A stretch of 64,000 nt of DNA from the human T2T-CHM13v2.0 reference genome, Homo sapiens: the NCBI RefSeq assembly GCF_009914755.1, contig NC_060936.1. One strand, given 5' to 3'. How positions within the stretch are numbered: position 1 is the first letter of the stretch; each line of letters begins with the position of its first letter. Under the pieces are notes generated by a model. The model saw only the letters and a list, made by a program, of their open reading frames with translations. It made no database searches and was not told the origin of the DNA. The position numbers were made by a program, and so were the translations under genes. This document shows positions 50,018 to 64,000 of this stretch, piece after piece.

Positions 50018-51409
50018 TTTGCTAAGTCCACTCAAATTTTAGGCAGATTTTTCCCTTAGGCTCATGTAGCCAGTCCCACAAAAAATTATGAAATAGGCAA
50101 AACTTATCTTGAAATTCTCCTTTGTACTTTCCTCCATTAAACTGTATTACAAAATGCAGTGCTTTTTTTCTCTGGTTCACCCCAGGCTGAAAACTGGCTC
50201 TCTTTGACACTTTAGTTTTAAACCTAACTCTCTCCTGGAGTATTTACATTTGAAGTCCCATCTCTTAATTGTTGAGTAAAAGAACCTCTCTTAAAGGAAT
50301 TGTTTAAATATCAGTAAGCAGAGAGGTTTGGAATTACTAGAGGGTAAAGGAATCCTTCCTAGAGAATCTCTAATTTCACAACCAACTGTGACTTTAAGAG
50401 GTCCAGCTTGTTCATATCTAGCCTAAGTACTCAGCATACTCAGCTCTCTAGGTTACGTTTTAAATTGACAAAAAAGGTACAGAGAGTCTGAGAAGGCAAT
50501 AACAATCACCAAGCAAACTGGTACATTCATCAAAAGTTAACTAAGGAATGCATCAGTGAAGACATTCATTCTAAATAAGCAGATATAATCCCTGATTTAT
50601 ATTCAATTATTGGTGATTAAGGTGAAGTAGCTTTTCTCATCAATTTATCTACTTAATTATTCAGTAGGGATGTGGACTTTAACCAATTTATGAACAATAT
50701 CTTATTTCTCTTCATAATTGAGAGAAGCACCAGTAAAATAAGCAGAATTTCCATAAACTGATCAACTGAGATCACTAAAACGTTGATTGCTGTAAACAAA
50801 ATAATAAAGGTCAATAGAAAAATAGAAGTTTACCCAAACTTTCCAGATTCTGCAGCCAGACTGCCTGGTTTCAATTTAGGTTCTGCCACTTACTTGCCTC
50901 AATTCCTTATCTATAGACTTGAAATAATAATAGTACCAAAATCATGTGATTGCTGTGAGAATTAAGTTAGTATTTTAAAGTGTTTAGAACCATGCTAGGC
51001 ACTCTGTAAGTGCTTGCTAAATAAAATACTATAATTTTATCTCTTTCCTGACTCTGATGGCAGTTACTTAGGTCTACAAAACGGCTCCATAAATCTGATG
51101 TATAATTCAAATTGGCATTGAATTTACACGTCTATATCCAGTTAACCTGCTGCCTTGAGCATGGTGCAAGTGAAGAAAATATTATTTTACTTCATTGTAT
51201 GGTTGTAGCTGTCAACACTTCAAAAATGCATTTTCTCTTAAGGGAAAGTGGACATTAGGGTATAAATGATTTATTGCTACTTGGTTATGTTATGTTTATA
51301 CAATGAAGGAGAGCACAGTTTTGCCTTCAAAGCCCCTAACACCTTTTTTCAATAGCTTTATTGAGGTATAATTCACATACTGTACAATTCACCCTGTCAT
51401 CAATAAACA

Positions 51410-51600
51410 ATACTAGTGTTTATTGAATGGCTATTACGTCCCAGGCAATAAACACAAATTGTTTCATTTAATCTTCATAAAAATCCCTTAAGGTAGGTAT
51501 TATTATACTCAATTTTATGATTCAATTAAAGGGCAAGAACTTTGCAGCTAAAGGTTGAAGTGAGGTTTGAACTTACATCCATGTAGCTCCAATATATGTT
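51410..51600 (-). mobile_element. MIR remnant
   Basis: tttattgaatg...ccaggca...tcatttaatcttcata...aggtaggtattatt...ggtttgaac. Confidence 0.6.
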
Positions 51601-53162
51601 TTCCATATTCTGCAGCTTCCCTTCAGAAAATTACTTTGTTCTCTTTCAGAGAGTGACTGGAAAAAGGGGGAAAATGTGACTTTTAGAGGGTAGCCGTGGT
51701 TAGAGAAACTCTTAATCTTTTAACCTGTCAGGAGAAAAGCCAGAAATAGCAGTCACTGAAAGTTGTTTTAAAACTCTCAATTCAAGGTTGGCATGATAAT
51801 GCAAAATAGTATTATTACGCAGAAATAAGCAATCATAATCATAATACTGATATACACAAATCATAATGCCAATATACACTACTTTCACTTGGATTCAGCA
51901 CTTCCTACTAGCATAACTACACCTACCTTTATCGCATTCTCACCAAATGAGTTAGGGTTTAAAATGGGCAAACGAGAAATGATGTGGGGATTCCGGCCCA
52001 TCTTTTAGACTTTTCACATCAATATGGTATGTTAAAATCACACCCCTGGACATCATGCTCGGGAATACTTAAGTAATTTTGCCACAATTCATTTACTAAA
52101 CAAATATTTAGGTAATTTTTACATGTCCATCAGTACTGTGCTAACCACCAGGTGTACAAAGGCTAAAACAAAAGATGAACCCAGTTCCAGCTCTTAAAGA
52201 GTTTACATTTTAGTTCAGGCTTTCAGAAGGAGAGGCAGTGAGTGTGCTATACTGTATAGCATGTGGGCTCTTGAACCAGCCTCTCCACTCACCTCTCCAC
52301 CTGCTGTGTGACCTTGGCATTTGATTTTTAAGCGACTCGATTTTCTATTTTGTAACATAATCGTTGACTTCAAATTAAAGACATATCTAGTTTCATTTCA
52401 GGTGTACGGCACCATACGAAGATGGGGCTAAGAAAATGTTACTATCCTGTATAAACAAGAGGGTTTCTCGCACGTTTTCTTCCTTTAGTATCTGGCATTA
52501 TTCAATACTGTCCATATTCTACTCCCTGTTCACCGATGAACTGGGACATGTTTTTCACTGCAGCTTAGTCGTCTGGGTGTGCCTGGGGAGGCGTCACAAA
52601 GAGCCTATAAAGGGTCCCCACCTACAACGGGAGTAAGAGCGCTGGAAGGAACCCAGGAAGGGCATGGAGACCAAGCGTTCGGTTTCGGAGTGTTTTTTGT
52701 GTGTGCCCATATTCACCGAGCTTGGGTTCTCCCACTCGTAACGAAAAGCCCAGTCACTGAGCTGCTACATTTTCTGCCATATCTTAGCCGTCCCCACGCC
52801 CCCACACCACCGCCCCACCCTACCTCACCCTCAAGCGTGAGTGAATGCGCAAATAAGGGTTTTCAAGGCGTCAGTGGGAAAGAGGGAGGGGAAGGCAACG
52901 CTGAGGACGGGAGGACAGGGCGGTGGCATCCCTCTAGCGAGAGAGAGCCAGAGCCCTCGGCGGCGAGGAAAGCTAAAACCCGGCAGTCCCGGGCCAGAGG
53001 AGGCCAAGGCAAGATGCTGGACGGGCGGGGACCGATGGGGGGCAGCAGACCATGGCCGCGCACCCAGTGCGCCCCCGGGGCCTCCTCTTGTCCCGAGGAG
53101 CACCCCCGCTCCCGGTGTCTTTTGGTTTCGACCGGCCGACTGGGAGGGGCCGTGGGACGCCA

Positions 53163-53178
53163 TTCCCATAATGCTCTG
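53163..53178 (+). promoter_or_regulatory. ZNF143/Staf-binding-site-like motif TTCCCATAATGCTCTG
   Basis: Matches the SBS core TTCCCAnAATGC about 60 nt upstream of the USP15 ATG. Confidence 0.6.
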
Positions 53179-53224
53179 GGGCGTGCCGCCGCCGTCGCTG
53201 CCACCTCCCCTACCGCTAGTGGAA

Positions 53225-53236
53225 GAAGATGGCGGA
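53225..53236 (+). promoter_or_regulatory. YY1 / TISU-like element overlapping the start codon (GAAGATGGCGGA)
   Basis: 11/12 match to the TISU consensus SAASATGGCGGC; contains the YY1 core AAGATGGCGG. Confidence 0.65.
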
Positions 53237-53317
53237 AGGCGGAGCGGCGGATCTGGACACCCAGCGGTCTGACATCGCGACGCTGCTCAAAACCTCGCTC
53301 CGGAAAGGGGACACCTG
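53229..53317 (+). CDS. USP15: Ubiquitin-specific peptidase 15, coding exon 1 (89 nt; start of DUSP domain)
   Basis: ATG at 53229 (GAAGATGG) translates to MAEGGAADLDTQRSDIATLLKTSLRKGDT plus a split TG codon, matching the recognised USP15 N-terminus. Followed by the donor TG|GTAAGA at 53318 and lies in a CpG island. Absent from the ORF track because it is a short spliced exon. Confidence 0.96.
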
Positions 53318-54771
53318 GTAAGAGAAAGGGGTTGAGATGCCCGCGGTTGCCCGAGGATAGTGGAGAAGTGGGCGGGAGCCGCGAGCTGGTTCTTTCGCTA
53401 GTGACAGGTGCGGGCAGGTCCGGCGGCGGCCGCCGGGGCAGCGGGATTTTGGCCGCTTCTGAAATGTTGGGGCAAAGGTTGGACTCTAGATGAGGGTCAG
53501 GGTTCTTGGCTTGCCAGGGCATGCTGAAAGGTATCCGGGGAGCGGCGGCGGCGGCGGTTCTGACTCGTGCGGTTCTCTTCGTCCTCCTTCCTTCCGTAGT
53601 GCCGCTCCCACCTCAGGCCTTCCCGAATGATAGGTTATAGTGGTTTGGTTTGAGTCTTATATACGCCGTTTTGACAGGTCCCGGTGCCGCGGCTTATCAC
53701 GATCTCACCGGCTTTACTTCTCTGTTCATTTCCTTTCCTAGAATTGTCGGCGTCCAAGTTCCCTTTTATTCTGATTCTTGGTCTTCCGGGAGGCAGGCTG
53801 CAGGATGTTTGCGGTCTGTACTACACAGGTGGCATGTCAGGGCTCCACATAAGAGAAAGAAACCCTAGTTTCCAGTTCCTTGTCAAAGGAGGGAGAGGAG
53901 TAGGGAACCTTGGGCTTATGAGAGACCACGTGGTCTTGTGCTTTAGTGGTGGCTTGATAGAAGCCGGCAGCGTTTCTGTTAGACGTGCAGCCCTTCCCTT
54001 CTGTTTGAAAGATAATGTAGGCCTGCAAAAAGTAGATAAGTCCACTTGAGGCTTAACTAACTGCTAATATTCAAACTTGTAAAATACCAAAGGATATACA
54101 TTTAAAATACTGAAGGATGTATGTGGACATTTTCACACTTGTCGACCATATCAAGTGGCATCTACAATAACTTAAATATGTGAATATGTAACATAATTTA
54201 AAATTCCTTATTTTTTGGGAAGCATAATGTGCCTCTTCATTATAATAAAACATATTTTCACTTTCCACTGTTACCATAACAGTAGTATATAATTCATAGA
54301 GTGTTTCAGTATGGCATAGTGAAAGGAACAGTAAGATTTAGACCTGAGTTATGTCACAGTTTCACCACTCAACTTGCAGTATGGCTTTGAGGAGAGTTAA
54401 TTTAAATCATTGCACCTCATTATCTTCATGCTGTAAAATGGACAGTAATTTTATTATAAGGATTTTATCTTGATTCGTTTTAATATCTTAAGAATTTCAT
54501 ATTTATGAGATATCAAATTTTAGTTATCCTCTTATCTCTGCTCTTTACTCCTGACAAAAGGCTGTGATATTGGGATCATTTTCAGTTAAGCTAATAGGTG
54601 GCAGACTTAGGACCTTAATTTAACCTTGATCTAAGTCTTAGTCTCTTTTTTCTTTTTTGGTAGGCTATATACTATGTTTGTATGATAGAAATCCCTAAGG
54701 ATGTAAATACATACTTGTTTCATTATATCAAAAAAATAGAATCTTCAAGTGACTTAATAATAGTTATTGTT

Positions 54772-55066
54772 GGCCTGGCAGGGTGGTTCACGCCTGTAAC
54801 CCAGCACTTTGGGAGGCCGAGGAGGGAGGATCACTTGAACTCAGGAGTTCCAGACCAGCCTGGGCACCATGGTGAAACCCCGTCTCTACAAAAATACAAA
54901 AAAATTAGCTGGGCATGGTGGCACGCCTGTGGTCCCAGCTACTCAGGAGGCTGAGGTGGGAGGATTGCCTGAGCCTAGGAAGCGGAGGTTGCAGTGAGCC
55001 GAGATCCGGCCACTGCACTCTAGCCTGGGCAACGTGAGACTCCATCTCAAAAAAAGAAAAAAAAAA
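54772..55066 (+). mobile_element. Alu (J/S) in USP15 intron 1
   Basis: Full dimer; TSD agttattgtt. Confidence 0.92.
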
Positions 55067-56814
55067 GTTATTGTTTTTATTATAATGTTAGATGTTTATT
55101 ACTGTGGGGAAATTGGACATTTCCTAGGACACCCATGTTTACCTTGGCTTGTGGTAATGACAAATAAGTCCCCGCTGGCTATTGTAAGTTAAAGAACATT
55201 TAAAAATTCTTAATTCACCCAACCTAGTACCACCTTATTTTAAAAAGTGAATTTCCTTAAAATAGAAATCTGTAAGTCTATAAGTTAAAATATAAGTGTT
55301 ATTGTCTCTCATTAATGTCACGTTTTTGTATATAGAGTAATTGGTAGCATTGACACTACAGGATGATAGGAGCAATATGTGCATTGTGGGCGTTTAACTT
55401 TATGAAGTTTGGTATTTTCAAATAAGTATTTTTTGCTTTTTTACAAAATTAATGTAAATTGTTTTATATATGTGCGTGTGTGTGTGCGTGTATAGCTGTA
55501 TAGGTACAGTGTCTCACTATATTGCCCATGCTGATCTTGAACTCCTGGCTTCAAGTGATCCACCTCAGCCTCCCAAAATGCTAGTATTACAAGTATGAAC
55601 CATGACTAAATACAAGAGGCTCATAAATTTAAGTCATTTCAGTGCTTTTATTTTAAATAAAAGTAAACTGAGGGCCACATATTTAGATAAAAGCAGATTG
55701 TGCAAGTTTATCCTCACGTTAATTTTCTCTTAAAGGAAAAAAACTGCAAGAGAAAGATGGTACTGGGAGTTGCAGAAACCAGTTTGGTTTATTTGTGAGC
55801 CAGTTTATTTGCAAATTAGCAAGTGAAACCTGTCCAAAAACAAAGTAGTAGAGAGCAAAAATTTGATTCAGAATTTTAAAGAGAATAATTTGATAAGTAT
55901 AAATTTGATGATGAACTTACAGGTACAGAACTGGTGGTGATATGTAATAATTTAGTTTATGTTTTTGGAACTCACTAGAAAGTTGTTTTTCCTTTTAATA
56001 TCTTTTTTTAATCTTTGAATCAGGTTATTTGAAATTTGCCCTGTGGAATATTGTCGTGGCATATGTATGTAACTGTCTAGGAAAGACTGATTGGGCTGTT
56101 GAGAAAAAATGGTGGGTTTACCATAAGTTTATTCTTGAAAGTTTAATACACATGTCTGAAGTTATAGTCATATGCATCACAGTGAATAAATTTCATTTAC
56201 TAGCTTTTGAGCACTTTGCAGATAATGACTGTCTCATGGTAACTCGGGTAACTAACTTCCATACCTAGGCAAGTATAAAGATTTATTTCATTCTGTGTAA
56301 GTACTACAGTTTCTCTTTATTTGTAAGCAGTGAATGATTTTTATCTAAAAACTGATTTTCTAGAGATGAAAATAAGTTACACAAGTGTGAGATGAAGAGA
56401 AACATACTTTATGATGTATTTAGTTCTAGACTTTATATTGAGAAGTAAATCAAAATTAATACGAGAGTAATACCTTTTTAAAAAGCAAGAAGAAGGTAGC
56501 ACTGATTTGTATAAGGAATAAAGCAGTCTCAAAATGATATTTGTTGATCTGTGTTTCAATTTCAACAAGAGATCAGAAAAACACGAACAAAATTTAGAGT
56601 TTAGGAACTATAGGAAAGAGATAAATGAACTAGAATTGTATCGCTTAGGATGAATTAAAAACAATTTTCAGATACATGGTGGTTTCTTCTGATGAGACAA
56701 AAAGATAATTTGCTTAAGGTACATATGAGTATTTTAGGAACATATTTAAGGAATGGTAGTTAATGAGTTACAAAGAAAATTATGGGTTATAAAATACTCT
56801 CTTTGGAAAAAAAG

Positions 56815-57102
56815 TTTTTGAAACAGAGTCTCGCTGTGTCGCCCAGGCTAGAGTACAGTGCGTGGTCTCGGCTCACCGCAACCACCTCCAGGGTTCAAGT
56901 GATCCTCCCACCTCAGCCTCCGCAGTAGCTGGGCCTGCAGGCACATGCCACCACGCCCAGCTAATTTTTTATTTTTAGTAGAGACAGGGTTTCCCCATGT
57001 TACCCGGGTTGGTCTCGAACTCCTGGCCTCAAGTGATCTGCCTACCTTGGCCTCCCAGAGGGCCGGGATTACAGGTGTGAACCACCTGCAAAATTTCTGG
57101 CC
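56815..57102 (-). mobile_element. Alu (J/S)
   Basis: Full dimer. Confidence 0.9.
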
Positions 57103-58368
57103 TGGAAATTTTTAAAGAAATGGGCCTATTATGAGTAAGTAAAACATAACCACAAATCATCCAAAGCACTGCTTCGTTTCCACCATTTTTATTAAATGTT
57201 ATTCATCTGCCAATCATTTTCAGTAATTTTTATGTGTGATTATGTTAAGTGGTAATGTGTAGTTAACTTTTGCAGTTTAGCAAAACATTGCATGCCATTT
57301 TTGTATAAACCCTAATAACTGTAGTAGGTAACTTTACAGAGTAAGTAATTTGTGTGTGAAGTCATTTAAAATCTCTGTGACATTTTCATTTCAATAATTG
57401 CCAAAGAATCTGATCAGTGAAGTTTTAGACAAGAGACATTGATTTCAGTTTTTAGAGCTTTCTGTCCATTCCGACTTTTACTTAGAAATCTTTGAGGCTT
57501 AATTTTATTTGATCCCTTATGTTCGTGCAACTTTGAAACTAAAAGAAAATAACCTTATACTCACAAATCCCTTAATAATGAAAAGGAACACTATTACTCA
57601 ACATGAATTTCAAAATATTTAGTGTATACTTAAAGAAATTTTTATATTACTATTACTTTTAAAATTAGTTTCAGTAGTGCCAGGGTGTTTACGACCAGAG
57701 TAGGGTATATACTACATCATTTATAGGAAATGAAACTAAAAGGAAAAACTTTTTCAGTCTTGGTAAATTGGTGAAAACAAGGACAGAGATAGTGACCTTA
57801 AGGCATGTTTCACATCTTAGATGCTTAAAAATCTAGGAAAGCAACTTTTCTTAATTTAAGCCTTTTTCGTAAGTTTTTAAATGACTTCTGTTAGTGAGTC
57901 CAGGGTTAATGTACCCTAATAGTCCAGGAAGGTCCAGAGCTAGTCAATGATTTCGTTTATCTGTTTTGTGAAATTAAGGCTTTTTTTCCTAAATTATACC
58001 ATTTTCCTGTTAGCACATATAAGGCATTAAATGACCTTTTTGCAAAATGGTTTTGTGACAGTTAACAATTTTGCTTCTACGTAAGTGTAACAAGATAAAA
58101 TCAGTTTGTCAGGCCATGACCTGTAATATTACATTTAAAAACACTATGTGCCAGGTACTGTTATAAATGCATATTGACTTATTTACTCATCACCATATTA
58201 CCACAATTCTGGGAATCGGTGTTATTCACATTTGACAAAATAGGAATCATAGGCTCAAAAAGGTTTTCACATAGTGGTATAGCTGGGATTTGAACCCAAG
58301 TAGTTTAGGTCTTTGGTTTGTGCCCTTAAAGCACTGTACCACATTGCCTCTGATTTTATTTAAAAAAA

Positions 58369-58666
58369 TTTTTTCTAGAGACAGAGTCTCGCTTCATCAC
58401 CCAGGCTGGAGTGTAGTGGCATAGTCATAGCTCACTGTAGCTTCAAACTCCTTGGCTCAAGCAATTTTCCTGCCTCAGCCTCTGAAATAGCTGGAACTAC
58501 AGGTGTGCGCCACCACACCCAGCTAATTTTTAAAGTTTTTGTGGAGACGGGATCTTACTGTGTTGCCTAGACTGGTTTGAAACTCCTGACCTCAAATGAT
58601 CCTCTGACTTCAGCCTCGCAAGTATTAATAGCTGGGATTACAGGTGTGAACCCCTATGCCCAGCCT
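58369..58666 (-). mobile_element. AluJ
   Basis: Diverged dimer. Confidence 0.88.
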
Positions 58667-61549
58667 CTGTCTCTTATTTTAAAGATTCATTTTTTAAAAA
58701 GTAGATTCACTTTAAAAAGAAAAGAACCTATTTTTCTTTTTGAAGGAAGTCTATTTTATATTTAGTAGCAGAATTCTACCATTTGCCTCTTGTGACTGTT
58801 CAGTTTAGATATGATAGAACATGTAGGAAATCTTAACACCTTGCTTCTGGATATTAAAACATGCTTAAAGATTGATAGGTGAATAATTGAATGTACAGAG
58901 CAAATGTCATTTTGATCCACAAGTACATTCAGACAAAAAAATTTGAGGTCATTTACTATTGAGCTTTTGAATTTTAATTGTCTATCAATAATCATAAGCT
59001 CTTATTAGAGATGATATGGCCCCTTCACATATAGTTTTACAGAAATAACCCATGAAGCATATAGTAAGATCTTGTAGGCTATTTTGTTTCGGTACTTGGT
59101 CCATATTTTAAAAGTATGGTATTGGTTTACTATAAGCCACAAATACATACGGCTTTCTTCTTGGACTTAAATCCATATGAACCACTCAGCACAGAAAATG
59201 CAAATATGAATGCATTATTATGTTCACCAACTGATTTTTTCCCTAGAGATAACTCTTAAAGAATTTTTGAAGTGAAAGAACATTTAAATTAAGATAGTGG
59301 AAGATACAATGATAATAAAACAGTCAATTTTGCTATCTTAGTCTTGAATTTATCTTATGATGTGAGTTTAGAGTGATTCTTCTTTTTTTCACTGAAAATC
59401 ACTTCATTAATAAGTCATGATTATTGACAAAAGTAAATTGAAACCATTGGGCATATTGGTAGGGAAATAAGGGGAAGATAGAGAACAACTGATAAAGGTT
59501 GATTATGTGCATTATGAGATTTGATCCTCAAAAGAAGGACCAAAATATATATATTTATATGACTTATAGATGAGGAATCTGAGAGAAATTAATTTGCTTG
59601 CTCATAGTTTACTACCAGCGGACATTTATTAAATGCTTAGTCTGTCGCAGCCACTATTTTAAATGCTTTACACTTACATAGCCTTTAAAGTACATGCTCT
59701 TATTACACTTCATTTTATCTTTGATGATTTCAGAGCTGGTTTAAATACCTGGTTTATAAAGATTTAAAGTACTAGATACTATCTAATACTAAGAATAGAT
59801 CCTTAGTATTAAAAATGGTTTTATGCTGTCACTACTCGAATGTAATTCAAACAATATTTCATTAAACCATGGGAATTTCTCTTTTTTCTTAGTCCTTGTA
59901 TAGAATTTTTCAACAATTACTAAATACTTTTTTTCTTCCCTGAGTAATGTCAGTCTAGCTTGTTTCTTTTAATTTCCTCACTTACCACTGTAATTCACAT
60001 TCTGTGTCTCATATTCATTCCTCTGAAGCCACTTCGCCAGACTCGTTCTCCCATTTATCCTTTAAACAGGGGAATGTAGATCCTTTAGATTTTATCACCC
60101 AGTTTACACAAAAGTCACTATTCAAGAAATCTAGCATAAGCCTAGTAAGTAGCCTCAGTTTTGGATACAGATTAAAATTATTTGAGGGAAGGGTCAAAAA
60201 TGGCTCCTTACAAAGAAGGAAATAAGTTCCAATTATAATATAAAACAGAAAACCCCTGTAGGATTAACCTGCATTTGATTATGTCTAGACTGCCTTTACT
60301 ACTTCCATCACTAAGATTCTACATGGTTTCCTTATAGCTCTCCAAAAAGAAAAGAGTAATGATGCCTTTTTTTCCTCCAAGGAATGGAGAACTAAGAATG
60401 CTAACTGTCCCTTCCATTCTCCCTTTAGTTTTGAGAAGACCCAGATATTAGCGTGGTAATTCCCCACCATAAGAGAAAATCATTTAGCAGAAGTACCAGT
60501 AGCAAGGACTTCTTTGTGAAGGAAGTCAAAGATCTCACAAAGAAGTTCAAGGGTGGCTCTGAGGCCAGGGTATTCTAAGTTTAGAGCCAGTTAAATCAAG
60601 ACCTGAGAACATTTAGAGACAAAGTTACTTAACTGAAAAGAGCATCAAGTTCCTTGTTCCAGGTAGAAAACACCTGGTAATCTGGATTGATTTCTGTTAT
60701 TTACCCATATGTTTTTACAGCTTAACAAAGTTTAACAGGTTAGTCAAGAGATTTGCCTTTGATAAAAAGATGGGAAATTTATATTCATACATTTGAATGG
60801 ATTTCAAGCTGAAGAACTTTTTAATTCTCAGGAGAGATGTAGCTAAGTATTTATATGTACCACATAGTTGTGGCTATGGTTTACAATAACTTATTACTCA
60901 TTTACTATGTTAAGAGCATTTTAAAAGTTCTCTAGATACAGGTTCCATATATAATGTAATATATTTATTCCAAATATATTACATATATGAAATACATGGT
61001 AGTATTCTCATTTTACCAGTACAGAAACTGGGATAGTTAAATGTATATGGTCATAACACTTAGTCAGTGGTAGAGCAGGAGGTCTAACTTAAAGCTTGCA
61101 TTTTAAATTCTAAGTGTACTGCCTGCCTATGTGTGATAGAGCCATACCCAGATTATGGAAGCAACTTTTTGAAAGACAAATACTTGAAAGTATTAAAATC
61201 AAGAAATGACAGCTTTGTAATACTTGTTAAACACATTTTCATTTGTTATTAATATCAAGAGCCTCTAGAATTTTGTGAGTCTTCTTGTTTTAGCCTTGTA
61301 GTCTCAGCAGTCTCATTTCTAATTAACATATCTCTGTTTTGATACAGATAGTGTCTCCCATTTCCTGCAAATTATTTGCTTTTTCCTGCTTTTGGGGCCT
61401 TTATGCCCCATTTCTGTTGTTTCAGATACTTCTTAAAAATTACTGACTTTCATTTCAAAACCTAGTTCAAAGTCAGTCTCTAAAACCACCTCTAATCTCA
61501 TCCAAATTTGTGGCCCCTCCATTCTTTGCTTTTAAAATATATATGTATA

Positions 61550-63610
<2,061 letters not shown>

Positions 63611-64000
63611 CCCTCTTCTCTTATTAGTTTACACTATGTTGAAATGTTGTTTTGTAAATATTCTTAAATATGTGTATTTCATTACTCCATATAAATGACA
63701 CACTCATCTTTTTGCAGCCTGTCTTCTTACCTTCTCTCATTCGAAATCTACCCCATCTCTTTATTTCTTAGAGGTATGTGGTATAGTAGTATTTGCAGTG
63801 AATGTTTTGTGTCATTTAACCCATGGATCTCTCTTCCACTCCTAATCTCATGCCCCAAAAGCACAAACAATGCGCTGTCTTAAGAACATAGATAAGTGTG
63901 CTAATTATCAAAAACACATTTACAGTACCTGGAAAATGTAAGACAACACCCTCAGCAGATGAAAATGACCTGGCATCCTAAAAGGAGGCTAAACTCACAT

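Larger units (their letters stand above)
52600..53800. promoter_or_regulatory. CpG-island promoter of USP15, probably bidirectional
   Basis: Sharp rise in GC and CpG density relative to the rest of the window. Contains a GC box (GGGCGGGG ~53023-53030), a ZNF143-like motif and a YY1/TISU-like motif, and spans exon 1. Confidence 0.9.

Noticed and set aside
52605-52612. TATAAA upstream of USP15
   Set aside because: About 600 nt from the ATG at a CpG-island promoter; no evidence that it is used.
52579-53522. Long overlapping ORFs (304, 219, 143 and 112 aa) over the CpG island
   Set aside because: Stop-codon depletion in GC-rich DNA; low-complexity Pro/Gly/Arg products with no recognisable domain. 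The real coding frame is the 89-nt USP15 exon.

Overview
Primate (almost certainly human) genomic DNA, AT-rich and dominated by repeats (Alu, L1, MaLR/ERV LTRs, MIR/L2, DNA transposon relics). It has two gene-level landmarks. (1) A CpG-island promoter at about 52.6-53.8 kb contains coding exon 1 of USP15 (+ strand, ATG 53229, MAEGGAADLDTQRSDIATLLKTSLRKGDT-W, donor GTAAGA at 53318), followed by USP15 intron 1 to the window end. This places the window at the USP15/TAFA2 (FAM19A2) locus; the TAFA2 link is recalled knowledge, not read from the sequence. (2) A disabled processed pseudogene of KLF17 (- strand, CDS remnant 27167-28295) appears to be part of a ~4 kb retrocopy (about 24397-28380, with poly(A) and AATAAA) inserted into an old L1. 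Nearly all listed ORFs are artefacts of repeats or GC content. I found no convincing novel multi-gene system. The most unusual signals are local mutational scars: a near-fully palindromic 27-bp hairpin array with poly(A) interruptions (8.3-8.5 kb); an inverted templated insertion flanked by a 21-bp duplication (41.1 kb); a tail-less Alu 5' fragment with a 13-bp TSD (30.0 kb); a displaced, inverted MST LTR piece (42.2 kb); and a dup-inv-dup hairpin (14.2 kb). Repeat subfamily names and most repeat boundaries are by-eye estimates.
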